A stretch of DNA of 64,000 nt, from NCBI GenBank assembly GCA_965261085.1, contig OZ253442.1, positions 960,001 to 1,024,000 on the forward strand. Reading direction: 5' to 3'. The translations under genes were made by a program, and so were the position numbers. This DNA is from a bacterium (GTDB lineage: Bacteria > UBA8248). The notes beneath the pieces are model-generated. The model saw only the letters and a list, made by a program, of their open reading frames with translations. It did no database searches and was not told where the DNA came from. Position 1 is the stretch's first letter. The number at the start of each line of letters is the position of its first letter. Below, in pieces: positions 49,403 to 59,044 of this stretch.

Positions 49403-50020
49403 ATGGTTTCTTCGAACGACGATGACCGCAAGACCCATCCGCCTACAGAAGCCGCGGATGAGCCGGAAAGTTTCCCCGGCTCGGATGCCGCTACCCCGGG
49501 AAAGGACCTGGCGGTGGCGATCCTTGTGGGCGCCGTGGCGGTTCTCGCCATCATCCTCGGGCTGCTCATGCCCAACCCCGAGAAAAACATCTTCACCGCT
49601 CCGGGTTTCATGCCCATTCTGACGGGCTTGAGCCTGCTCGCCATGACCGTGGGGCTCGCAGTGAGCGCCCGCAAAAAGGGCGCCTGGGCGAAAATGGATT
49701 TCTCGCCCGGAGAATGGCTACGGGGCTATTTTTCCGATTATGAGAATCAATGGGCGCTCATCCTGATGGGCGTGGTGGTTTTCTATATATTTCTCATCGA
49801 TTGGGTGACGTTCGAGGTCGCGATCCCGCTGGGGATTGCGGGGTGGCGCTTCGGCTTCAGCAGCTTCGAGGCCGTAACCATACCCATGCTGGCGATCATA
49901 CTCCGCATCTTCTGGCCGAAGCCCTTTCTGCGGTGTTTCATCGTTTCTTTCGTGTCGACTATGGTTCTGGCCGCCGCGTTCCGCTACGGCTTCCGGATTC
50001 CGCTGCCGGGCTCGGGGTAG
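49403..50020 (+). CDS. TctB-like small membrane subunit
   Basis: Hydrophobic protein with APG..P and C-terminal F...LP.G; located between tctC and tctA. Confidence 0.75.
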   Translation: MVSSNDDDRKTHPPTEAADEPESFPGSDAATPGKDLAVAILVGAVAVLAIILGLLMPNPEKNIFTAPGFMPILTGLSLLAMTVGLAVSARKKGAWAKMDFSPGEWLRGYFSDYENQWALILMGVVVFYIFLIDWVTFEVAIPLGIAGWRFGFSSFEAVTIPMLAIILRIFWPKPFLRCFIVSFVSTMVLAAAFRYGFRIPLPGSG

Positions 50021-50023
50021 GCT

Positions 50024-51505
50024 ATGTTTTTCATCGATCAGCTCATCCACGCCCTAAACCCGTATCTGGTGCTCATCTGCGCTCTGGGCACCATACTGGG
50101 ACTGCTCTGGGGGTCGATGCCGGGCATCTCCACGACCATGTCCATGGTGCTCCTTATCGGCCTCTCCACCCAGATGAGCCAGGACGTGGCCATCATGTTC
50201 CTGCTGGGCGTGTATACGGCAAGCGTTTTCGGTGGTTCGATCACCGCGGTGCTCATCAACATTCCCGGCACGCCCGCCGCCGTTCCCACCATGATCGAGG
50301 GGTACCCCCTGGCCCAAAGGGGGGAGGGCGGACTGGCGCTGGGCACCGCCCTGGTGGCTTCGTTTCTCGGGAACTGGGTGGGCATCCTGCTCCTGGTGGC
50401 GTTCATTCCCCTCATTCTCCTCATCGCCCTGCAGTTCCGCTCCTGGGAAATGTTCCTTCTCGCCCTGTGGGGAATCGCCATTTGCGGAACGCTCACATCG
50501 GGCGAGGCGCCCCTCAAGGGCTGGATATCCGGCTGGCTGGGGCTTCTCATCGCCTACGTCGGGCTCGACAACATATACGGCGTTCCGCGCTTCACCTTCG
50601 GGAGCGTGCTGTTAGAGGACGGCATCAGCTACATCCCGGTGATCATCGGCTTTTTCGGCTTGACCGAGGTTCTCTGGGTGCTGCCCCAGAAAGAACCATC
50701 CGCGATTCCCGAGAAGGTAGACCGGGTGGTGCCCCCCTTCTCCATGCTGTGGCGCTACGCGCGCTCATCGGTGCGCTCGGGCATCATCGGCACGGTGATA
50801 GGCGCCATCCCCGGAGCGGGCGGCAACATCGCCGCCTTCGTCGCCTACGACGTGGGCAAGCGCCGGGCCAGCCCAGAGGAGCGCGCGAAATTCGGCAAGG
50901 GGAGTTACGAGGGCATCGTGTGCGCCGAGGTGGCGAACAACGCGTGCATCGGCGGAACCATTCTCCCCACGCTGACGCTCGGCATTCCGGGCAGTCCGCC
51001 CGCCGCCGCCTTCATGGCTGCTCTCGAACTCAAGCACGTGGTGATGGGTCCCACCATCAACATCGAGAATCCCGGCCTCATCTACTTCATCTACGGGGCG
51101 CTCATCGTTGCCAACTTCCTGATGTACGTGTTCGGCCTCCTGCTGGTGAGGCCGGCGATCAAGCTCTACAGCCTGCCGCGCACCTTGTTGATGCCCATCA
51201 TCATCCCTATCTGCATCCTGGGGGCGTACGCGGTGCGCCTGAGTATGTTCGACGTCTACGTGATGCTGGCCGCAGGCTTCGTCGGTTACTTTCTGAGGAG
51301 CATCGGTCTTCCGCTGGCGCCCATGGTTCTGGCCGTTATCCTGGGATCGCTGGCTGATGAGAACCTACGCCGCGCCCTGATCACCTTTGAGAACAAGCCG
51401 TTCTGGTATTTTCTCTCAAGCCCCATCGCCACCCTTCTGATGGCCGTCTCCGTGTTCACCTTCTACGACGGTATCTTCCGCAGAGGGCGCGCGAAGAAGA
51501 CCTGA
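50024..51505 (+). CDS. tctA: TctA large membrane subunit
   Basis: GGSITAVLINIPGTP, GAIPGAG, EVANNA and PTLTLGIPGS. Confidence 0.9.
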   Translation: MFFIDQLIHALNPYLVLICALGTILGLLWGSMPGISTTMSMVLLIGLSTQMSQDVAIMFLLGVYTASVFGGSITAVLINIPGTPAAVPTMIEGYPLAQRGEGGLALGTALVASFLGNWVGILLLVAFIPLILLIALQFRSWEMFLLALWGIAICGTLTSGEAPLKGWISGWLGLLIAYVGLDNIYGVPRFTFGSVLLEDGISYIPVIIGFFGLTEVLWVLPQKEPSAIPEKVDRVVPPFSMLWRYARSSVRSGIIGTVIGAIPGAGGNIAAFVAYDVGKRRASPEERAKFGKGSYEGIVCAEVANNACIGGTILPTLTLGIPGSPPAAAFMAALELKHVVMGPTINIENPGLIYFIYGALIVANFLMYVFGLLLVRPAIKLYSLPRTLLMPIIIPICILGAYAVRLSMFDVYVMLAAGFVGYFLRSIGLPLAPMVLAVILGSLADENLRRALITFENKPFWYFLSSPIATLLMAVSVFTFYDGIFRRGRAKKT

Positions 51506-51636
51506 GGGTGGTGAGCTCGGGTATGCCCGCGCGATTGACATTTTCGGGTCAAGTGATAGCATCTTCGAATATCATTCGCAAAACCATGAGCGGCGGTTTC
51601 ATCGCGCTCGCCGAGTAACGGCTTGGGAGATGAGGA

Positions 51637-51984
51637 TTGGGCGAACGCGAAGCCTGCCTGATAAGGCCGGAAACCCAGAAATACAAAGTTCTCGACGGCG
51701 GGGCGCAAGCCTGGCGGATGACTTCGCGAGAAGACCACGGCTGGAACGTCGACGCCTGGCTGACGGTTTTTCGTCCGGGCGAGACCCACGAATGGCACGA
51801 TCACGAAGAAGACGAACTCATCTACATCATCAATGGCGAAGGCCGATACGAACTCGAGGATAAGAGCATCGAGTTTCGAGGGGGAGACTGTATTTTCCTT
51901 CCCCGGAAAACCATGCACCGGAGCATGACGGGAGGAAAGAAGGATGTAAAGCTGCTAGCCATATTTCACCCGGCGAGAGAGTAA
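51637..51984 (+). CDS. Cupin domain protein
   Basis: WHDHEEDELIYIINGEG and GDCIFLPRKTMH; TTG start after GAGG. Confidence 0.8.
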   Translation: MGEREACLIRPETQKYKVLDGGAQAWRMTSREDHGWNVDAWLTVFRPGETHEWHDHEEDELIYIINGEGRYELEDKSIEFRGGDCIFLPRKTMHRSMTGGKKDVKLLAIFHPARE

Positions 51985-52065
51985 AAAGGAGCTCTTGGTC
52001 GGTTTTGGTCGTTTTATCTCTGAATGACGTAGAGGCAGTGAGTTCTCAATCGTGGAGGAGAAAAA

Positions 52066-53061
52066 ATGAAAAAGTTCGGTCTGGTTTTGATTGCAACGTT
52101 TGTCGTATTGGGCATGGCCTCGAATGCGCTGGCCGCGAAAGGCGTCATTAACTTGATTCACGACAACACCTCGCATGCCGCCATCCCCTACATCGCTGAA
52201 AAGAAGGGCTTTTACAAAGCCGAGGGGGTCAACGTGAAGCGCCGGGTCACGAGCCCCCGCGCGCTGATTGACGCTCTCATCGGCGGCACCGCCGACATCA
52301 TCAGCACGCGCGGCTCCCGCGTGGGCCAAATCGCCGCCCGTGGGCTGGACGTCGTGGGCATCGCGCTCAACCGCTACGGGAACCAGAACATGGTGCTCGT
52401 GCCCATGAAGGACAAGACCACCAAGTCGATCATGGACCTCAAGGGCAAGACCGTGGGCGCGCAGATGGGTACGGGAACCTGGGCCACCTGGATGACGTAT
52501 CTCTCGCGCATCGGTTTGTCGGAAAAGGACTTCAAGATCCGCAACACGAAAACCGGTTCGCTGCCCGCCGCCTTCGAGACCGGCGCGCTGGATGCGGGGC
52601 TGACCTGGGAGCCCTGGGGTTCGATCATCGTCGACAAGGGCCTGGGCCGGATGGTCATGGGACCGAAGGAATATGACGACCTGCTGGGCTACACTTCCCC
52701 CGTCTTCCTGACGAGTTCGTGGTCCTACATCAAGAAGGAAAACCCCGACGGCGCGCAGCGTTTCATGAACGCCCACGTTCGCGCGATGCGTTTCATAAAC
52801 CGCAACAGGGATGAGTCCACGAAGATAGTGCAGGAGTTCTGGAAGAGCCAGGGCTTCGACTTCGACCTCAAGAAGGTGAAGAGCAATCTCTACAGGTTCA
52901 TGCGCTGGGATCGCGCAATGATCACGCATAGAGATATCAAGGAAGTGCAGGACGGTGTGGACGTCAGCGTGAAGAAGGGCAAGCTGCCCAAGAGCGTCGA
53001 CGTCACCGCTCACATCGACACCCAGTTGGTGGAGAACGCCTACTTTAATTTGATGAAGTAA
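52066..53061 (+). CDS. ABC substrate-binding protein (SsuA/TauA/NMT1 type)
   Basis: Signal peptide; IAEKKGFYK.EG, SI.DLKGKTVG and DAGLTWEPW. Confidence 0.87.
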   Translation: MKKFGLVLIATFVVLGMASNALAAKGVINLIHDNTSHAAIPYIAEKKGFYKAEGVNVKRRVTSPRALIDALIGGTADIISTRGSRVGQIAARGLDVVGIALNRYGNQNMVLVPMKDKTTKSIMDLKGKTVGAQMGTGTWATWMTYLSRIGLSEKDFKIRNTKTGSLPAAFETGALDAGLTWEPWGSIIVDKGLGRMVMGPKEYDDLLGYTSPVFLTSSWSYIKKENPDGAQRFMNAHVRAMRFINRNRDESTKIVQEFWKSQGFDFDLKKVKSNLYRFMRWDRAMITHRDIKEVQDGVDVSVKKGKLPKSVDVTAHIDTQLVENAYFNLMK

Positions 53062-53091
53062 GGCGAGATAACCCGAAACACTTTTCCCCCT

Positions 53092-53128
53092 GCCCCTCCG
53101 GAAGGATGATTCATCCCTCTGGAGGGGC
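53092..53128. terminator. Intra-operon stem-loop after the SBP gene
   Basis: gcccctccggaaggatga-t-tcatccctctggaggggc inverted repeat. Confidence 0.5.
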
Positions 53129-53176
53129 GTGAGGGATTTGCACGCGTATCGAATGAGTCGAGGAGAATCAGGAATC

Positions 53177-54526
53177 ATGGATGAGCTTCAAAAGAAAGTC
53201 GTCGACGCGGTAGATGAGGAGTTCCTCGTAAAAACCACCATGGAACTCGTGGATATACCGAGCCCCACCGGATCGGAGGAGGAGGCGGCCCGCTACATGC
53301 ACGCGAAGTACGAGGAGGCCGGCTTCGAGGCGCATCTGCAAAAGGTGGCCGAGGGCCGCTACAACGCGGTCGGCATTTCGCCGGGCGCCGGCGGCGGCTA
53401 TTCCCTGATGTTCAACGGCCATCTGGATACTTCCTATTCCGGAGAGGAGCCCGAACTCACCCAGCCGGGCTACAAGAACAAGGCGATTCGCGAAGGGGAC
53501 TGGATTTTCGGAAACGGCGCGGCCAACATGAAAAGCGCCGATGTCGCCTACCTCGGCGCGGCGAAGGCCCTCGCGGACGCGGGCGTGGAACTCAAGGGTG
53601 ACATCGTCCTGGCCTCCGTCGTGGGAGAGATTGAAAAAAACCGGATCGATCAATACCAGGACGTGCTTTATGACGGCTACGGCGTCGGTACCCGCCACCT
53701 CATTTCGCACGGTTACCTGACAGATTTTTGCATTCTTGGTGAACCCACCGGCATGCAGGTGGCGCCCTGGCACGGGGGTACGATGTGGTTCAAAATCATT
53801 ACGCGGGGGCTGATGGGCCATACCTGCTATGGCGACTATACGGCCAGCGCTATTGAGCGGATGGAAAGGGTGCAGGCGGCCATCCGGAAATGGATTCCCG
53901 AATACCGGGGACGCAATGAATTTCTGGGGGAACGCCCCCACGTGAACATCGCCGCCATCGAGGGCGGATGGCCTTATCGCTGTGCGCGCTCGCCCATCGA
54001 GTGCCGTCTTTACGTGGACGTACGCTTGGTTCCGGGACAAAGGGTTCAGGACGTGGAGGTGGAATTCAAGGCGATGATCGCGCAAGTGAACGAAGAGCAG
54101 CCCGACATCGGGGCCAAGGTCGAGGTGTTCTCATCGCATCCGCCCTCGGGCATTCCCGTCGATTCGCTGCCTTCCAAGGCGATGATCCAGGCGCACGAGC
54201 AAATCATGGGGGAGAAGCCCAACATCATCGTGAAGACTTCCTATCTCGACGCCGCCCACATGAACCGCTACGGCATTCAGACCATCACTTACGGATTGGC
54301 GGGCCGAACGGCGACGGCGGGTTACGGCTGGAACGCCGATATCGGCGAGCACATCCACGTCGACGCGCTGGTGGACACGACAAAAATATTCGCCCTCGCA
54401 GCGCTGGATCTGTGCACGCGGGAGCGTAACGCCTCCGCCATCGCGCAGGACCCCTACGCGAACCTGCCCGAGCCCGGACAAATAGAAGCTCTCGGAAGCG
54501 GACGAATAACGGCTCTCGGAAGCTGA
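53177..54526 (+). CDS. M20/M25/M40 metallohydrolase (ArgE/DapE-like)
   Basis: LVDIPSPTG.E, FNGHLDT, G.GAANMK, LGEPT and DVRLVPG. Confidence 0.85.
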   Translation: MDELQKKVVDAVDEEFLVKTTMELVDIPSPTGSEEEAARYMHAKYEEAGFEAHLQKVAEGRYNAVGISPGAGGGYSLMFNGHLDTSYSGEEPELTQPGYKNKAIREGDWIFGNGAANMKSADVAYLGAAKALADAGVELKGDIVLASVVGEIEKNRIDQYQDVLYDGYGVGTRHLISHGYLTDFCILGEPTGMQVAPWHGGTMWFKIITRGLMGHTCYGDYTASAIERMERVQAAIRKWIPEYRGRNEFLGERPHVNIAAIEGGWPYRCARSPIECRLYVDVRLVPGQRVQDVEVEFKAMIAQVNEEQPDIGAKVEVFSSHPPSGIPVDSLPSKAMIQAHEQIMGEKPNIIVKTSYLDAAHMNRYGIQTITYGLAGRTATAGYGWNADIGEHIHVDALVDTTKIFALAALDLCTRERNASAIAQDPYANLPEPGQIEALGSGRITALGS

Positions 54527-54540
54527 GAAAGGAAATATTC

Positions 54541-55401
54541 GTGGCGACGGCCGATAAAGCGCAAGGGCAGCCCGGAGCAGCGCCGGGGACAGAGAGAAAA
54601 CTCGGGCCTCCGAACTGGAACGTGGTTTTCCGAAACTCCGGTAAAGCGCTCTTTCAGATGACGGCGCCTCTCATCGGGTTGCTCATCTTCTGGGAGTTGC
54701 TCGCGCATTCGGGAACGCTTCATCCCGTCCTTTTTCCACCACTGGAAGTCATCTGGTTCACGATGGTGAAGCAGGCGAAATCCGGTCTTCTCTGGCTCGA
54801 CATCTACGTTTCACTTTACCGGCTCCTGATCGGGGCGGCTCTCGCCATCGTTTCGGGAACCCTGGTCGGGTTGGTGATGGGAATGAACAAGACGGTGGAA
54901 CGGGCTCTCGCGCCGCCGATGTACTTTTTTCTGGCCGTGCCGGGTCTCGCGCTGTTTCCCATCGTCATCCTGTGGTTCGGGCTGAGTGATTTCACCCTCA
55001 TATCCGTGCTCTGGTTCGAGGGAATGATCACCGTGATGGTGAGCGCATGGACGGGGGTGAAGACCGTGGATGCGTCCCTCATCCGCGCGGGCAGGGCCAT
55101 GGGCGCGCAGGGCATGACGCTCTTCTTCCAGGTGATGGTTCCGGGCGCGATGCCGAGCCTGATCGCGGGCTACCGCATCGCGTTCAGCCGCGCCTGGCGC
55201 ATCGTCGTGACCGGCGAGATGATAGTCGCCCTCGAGGCGGGGCTTGGTTTTCGGATTTTCTCGGCCCGGGATTTCCTGGCGGCGGATATGATGTACGGAG
55301 GCGTGGTGGTCGTCGGAATCCTGGGCGTGATCGTAGAGCGTGTTTTCTTGCGGAGCATCGAGCTGGCCACGGTCCAGCGTTGGGGAACGCTGCGCGAATA
55401 A
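54541..55401 (+). CDS. ABC permease (SsuC/TauC type)
   Basis: LFPP...SL.RL, LIRAGRAMGA and AWR.VV.GEM...GLG. Confidence 0.9.
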   Translation: MATADKAQGQPGAAPGTERKLGPPNWNVVFRNSGKALFQMTAPLIGLLIFWELLAHSGTLHPVLFPPLEVIWFTMVKQAKSGLLWLDIYVSLYRLLIGAALAIVSGTLVGLVMGMNKTVERALAPPMYFFLAVPGLALFPIVILWFGLSDFTLISVLWFEGMITVMVSAWTGVKTVDASLIRAGRAMGAQGMTLFFQVMVPGAMPSLIAGYRIAFSRAWRIVVTGEMIVALEAGLGFRIFSARDFLAADMMYGGVVVVGILGVIVERVFLRSIELATVQRWGTLRE

Positions 55402-55421
55402 AGCAGTGATAGGAGAGTGTC

Positions 55422-56237
55422 TTGGCGATTCAGGGCCCTGTAAAACTGCAGGTCAAGGATTTGGGAAAAATCTTCACCATCGACGAGGGATGGGGGAGGA
55501 CCACGGACATCACCGCTCTCGAAGGGGTGAACTTCGACGTCCGCGCGGGTGAGTTCGTTTCCCTGATCGGGCCGAGCGGCTGCGGCAAGAGCACGCTGCT
55601 GATGATAGTGGCGGGGCTGTATGACAAAACCTCGGGCGACGTCGTCTTGGACGATCACCACATCGACGGCACGGGTTTTGACCGCGGCGTCGTGTTCCAG
55701 GAGTTCGCCGTTTTCCCCTGGCTGACGGTCTCGGGAAACGTCCGCTTCGGCATGCGCATGAAGGGAATACCCAAAGCCGAGCGCGACCCCGTCGTCGAGC
55801 GCCTTCTGGGGCTAGTGGAGCTCCAGGGCTTCAAGAACATCTATCCCTACCGGCTCTCCGGCGGAATGAAGCAGCGGGTGGGCATCGCGCGCGCGCTGGC
55901 CTTCGACCCCGATGTGATGCTCATGGATGAGCCCTTCGGCGCTCTCGACGCCCAGACACGCTCGACCCTTCAGCAGCTTCTCGTGCAGGTATGGATGGAA
56001 ACCCACAAGACCGTGCTCTTCGTGACGCATAGCGTTCGCGAGGCGGCCTATCTCTCCGACAGGGTGCTCATGATGTCCCCTCGTCCGGGGCGGATAGCGG
56101 AGGAGATCAAGATCGACCTGCCGCGCCCGCGCGATGCGCTTTCAGTCGAATTTCTCGAATGTGAAAGAAAGGTGGCCGAGACGCTGGCCAGGCTCACGGG
56201 GCAGTCCGATGGCGGACCCGCCTGGGTAACGGATTAA
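55422..56237 (+). CDS. ABC ATP-binding protein (SsuB/TauB type)
   Basis: GPSGCGKST, LSGGMKQR, MDEPFGALD and VTHS..EA. Confidence 0.93.
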   Translation: MAIQGPVKLQVKDLGKIFTIDEGWGRTTDITALEGVNFDVRAGEFVSLIGPSGCGKSTLLMIVAGLYDKTSGDVVLDDHHIDGTGFDRGVVFQEFAVFPWLTVSGNVRFGMRMKGIPKAERDPVVERLLGLVELQGFKNIYPYRLSGGMKQRVGIARALAFDPDVMLMDEPFGALDAQTRSTLQQLLVQVWMETHKTVLFVTHSVREAAYLSDRVLMMSPRPGRIAEEIKIDLPRPRDALSVEFLECERKVAETLARLTGQSDGGPAWVTD

Positions 56238-56264
56238 ATGAAAACCTAAAGAGGAAGCGACAAG

Positions 56265-56702
56265 ATGATCCAGAGACAGTTCATGCAGCCCGACGATATG
56301 TGGTCCCGCGTGGAAAACGGAGTGTTGCTCTACGTGCCCGTGGTGACGATTCATGGCGCGGACCACGCCCACGTCTATCTTTCCGGCCAGGTGCCCCGAA
56401 GGCCGAGCGGCGAGGTGGTAGGCGTGGGCGACATGCGCACCCAGATAAGGGTGACGTGCGAGAACATCGGCAAGGGACTGGCCCACGCGGGCGCGACGTT
56501 CAACGACATCGTCAGCTCCACAACGTATGTCACCGACATCATGGAGTACTACAAGCATTCCGATGAGCGCTTTAAATACTTCAAGGACGTCCGTCCGGCC
56601 AGCACGCTGATCGAAATCTCCCGGCTGGGCCCCCCGGATGCGATGATCGAGATTACGGTGGAGGCCATCATCGAGCCCGAGCGGCTGCGCGTCCAGCCGT
56701 AA
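56265..56702 (+). CDS. RidA/YjgF family protein
   Basis: YLSGQV, RPAST (catalytic Arg) and IEI.VEA. Confidence 0.87.
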   Translation: MIQRQFMQPDDMWSRVENGVLLYVPVVTIHGADHAHVYLSGQVPRRPSGEVVGVGDMRTQIRVTCENIGKGLAHAGATFNDIVSSTTYVTDIMEYYKHSDERFKYFKDVRPASTLIEISRLGPPDAMIEITVEAIIEPERLRVQP

Positions 56703-56903
56703 GCGCGACCCCTGAAAGAATGAGGGTAAGTCCTCGCTTTCGGTCAAGTCCATCAGGCCAAAAGGCACGTCATCGCTCTATCAAAAGATCACAGCTTCAA
56801 CTTCTCGGCGAGTAGGTGCTTCGATTTGCTTGGATGTTCTCGTGTCTAGAGGCGCTTTCTTGCTTTTACTTGCATCTCTCATTCAAGCGAGTAAAGCTGA
56901 CAA

Positions 56904-57347
56904 TCAACTTTCTTTCAATCCCGGGTGAATGGCTTCTATACATTCGTTGGCGATCAGGTCTCCGATTAACTCCTCATCCGGGAAATCCGGCAGCCCCAAT
57001 ATCTCGCTATGAGATGGATCGGCCTCATGATTGCCTATGGCGTTTAACGGCTTGTGTACGAAGCGAATATCAGAGAGTTGTTCTTTAAGATGTTGTTTTG
57101 TGGTGCCTACGTTTAGTTCGGCGAATCGCCCATTATTGCGTATTCCCATTCTGGACAAACGCCTTATTTCATCAAGCTGTTGTGGTTTGGCAAGGTCTTC
57201 GAAATAGTCCATCCAATGTACGGACAAACCACTCTCGTTTTGTCGTAACTGGAAAGCGGAACCATGCACGCCCTCATCTTCATCAAATTGAGATGGTTTG
57301 ACGTAGCGGACGACATGGTTCTTATTGGCTAAATCGTCACCAGTCAT
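56904..57347 (-). CDS. Hypothetical protein, possible ADP-ribosyltransferase-like toxin
   Basis: HVVRY...AFQLR..ESGLSV.W...DPSHSEI.G pattern; start overlaps the upstream stop (ATGA). Confidence 0.5.
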   Translation of the reverse strand: MTGDDLANKNHVVRYVKPSQFDEDEGVHGSAFQLRQNESGLSVHWMDYFEDLAKPQQLDEIRRLSRMGIRNNGRFAELNVGTTKQHLKEQLSDIRFVHKPLNAIGNHEADPSHSEILGLPDFPDEELIGDLIANECIEAIHPGLKES

Positions 57348-58054
57348 CCATTCTCCAGCATCGTGATACCGAAAGCGCGAACCTGCTTTTTTACCCCTTC
57401 CAGCGTATCGATACCGCTCACTCTCGAAACTTTCCCGGACGCTGGTCGTCGTTTGAATATCACATACCTTGTAGACTGGTCGCCGAGAAACTGAAGACCA
57501 ATGTGTGTTTTATCGTCTCCTTTCCAGACAGCGCGAAGGTTTCCGTTGTCTAAGAGAAACACTCCCGCTTTCTTGGCCAATGGAATAGACTTAACGAACG
57601 ACCAAAAATCCGTTTCTGATGCTTCTCTTATATCGGAGCAATCATCATCATCTGCAGCAAAGCCACGAAGTTCTTTAATGCGATTCACATAAGCCAGATA
57701 GATATTTCTCTTTTTCGTTTCTCTCTCTACAAGTTCTGTGTCGTATCTGTTTAGTAGTTCACCCTCTTCAGTCCACGCCCAGTTAGACGTATAAGTGGGT
57801 TGAGATGGCCATGCCACAACGCATTGGACGAAGCGTTCATATGGCGTTACCTGTTTGTCATCAATAAAGCCGAGAGGAACTCGGGGATAAGAGAGCCTGG
57901 CATTCCATTGACGCCTCAAATGGTTCATCTGCTCTCGTTCGACATCTGCTTTTTCTTCAGGCACTAAATATATTTGATCGCCAAGCACCCTTATTTCCTG
58001 AGAGACAGATTCTGGAGAGAAACTACCTGAAAGAGATATAGCCGTCTCGGCCAT
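57344..58054 (-). CDS. Hypothetical protein (middle gene of AT-rich three-gene cassette)
   Basis: 236-aa ORF, 3 bp from the upstream stop, GGAG RBS within the upstream gene end. Confidence 0.7.
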   Translation of the reverse strand: MAETAISLSGSFSPESVSQEIRVLGDQIYLVPEEKADVEREQMNHLRRQWNARLSYPRVPLGFIDDKQVTPYERFVQCVVAWPSQPTYTSNWAWTEEGELLNRYDTELVERETKKRNIYLAYVNRIKELRGFAADDDDCSDIREASETDFWSFVKSIPLAKKAGVFLLDNGNLRAVWKGDDKTHIGLQFLGDQSTRYVIFKRRPASGKVSRVSGIDTLEGVKKQVRAFGITMLENG

Positions 58055-58057
58055 GCT

Positions 58058-58849
58058 TTATGACGTCTCCTCTAGCTGAATCCAGTGTTCTTTCCGAATG
58101 TCAGGACTTGTCATTTCCTCAAAACACTTGAGGATAGCATCGTGCGCAAGCTCGAACCACTCGTCTGCTCTTGATTTCGACACCCCACCAAGTTTGCCGC
58201 TAGCTTTGATGTCGAATACCAACCTATGAGTCTCTGGCTGTTGTTCCAACGTCCCTGCTCGTATGCCTAGCACTAGTTGTAAATTGGGAGTCATGTTGAA
58301 AGCGTATTGAGAGACAAATCCTGCGGACTCTCCTCCCCCCACTCCAGAGGAGAGCGTTGAAGACGCAGGAATGATTTTAGGCGTATCTTGCGGGCCTTTC
58401 CAATATACGCAAGGTCCCACGGTATTAACGTAGGTCAACTCGCATGCGTAGATGGATATATTCGGGACATTCACTTCTGTTCGAATGAACTCATCGAAAA
58501 TGCCATAGTATTTATCAAATGCAGGTTTGATATCGGCATGATAACGTGGGTATGCGTTGTCGTCTCTGCGACGCCAATTAAACATAAAGGCATTTTTTTG
58601 TATCTGGATGAGCCTTACATCATCCCCCGCAATAAACCAATAGCGAGGCATTGGGAAAAATTCCTCGGGAACAGGACCAACATCTGGTGCTATGCCCATT
58701 GGAACTTGCTGTTTTACCGTGGGGAAGTCCTCTTTTATTTTCGCCCAAAAAAGACCGATGTGCTCGTTGCGAAAATCGGTTAATGGAGGGTTGAAATATG
58801 TAGATAAGATGACCTCGTTGATCGGCGGGTTCTTGAACGCTATAGTCAT
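58058..58849 (-). CDS. TIGR04255 family protein
   Basis: FKNPPINEV....F, PRYWF......LIQIQ...F.FNWR.....YPRY, ELTYVN and WF..AH..I...F...T.......W. Confidence 0.8.
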   Translation of the reverse strand: MTIAFKNPPINEVILSTYFNPPLTDFRNEHIGLFWAKIKEDFPTVKQQVPMGIAPDVGPVPEEFFPMPRYWFIAGDDVRLIQIQKNAFMFNWRRRDDNAYPRYHADIKPAFDKYYGIFDEFIRTEVNVPNISIYACELTYVNTVGPCVYWKGPQDTPKIIPASSTLSSGVGGGESAGFVSQYAFNMTPNLQLVLGIRAGTLEQQPETHRLVFDIKASGKLGGVSKSRADEWFELAHDAILKCFEEMTSPDIRKEHWIQLEETS

Positions 58850-59044
58850 TTGGTGTCTCAAATTGTTCTGATCGTATCGGACAGAGTTGCCAACTGTGTT
58901 ACGGCAACCGCATCAAATATAAACTTTTATTAGTCTGTATGACAAGCGAGTTACCGGTTGCCAAATGACCGGCGGCGTTTACCCCGGGCGGGTGATCGTG
59001 TAAGTTTCGGTTATCTTCCATCCCAAAAATCTCGGGAGTCTCGC

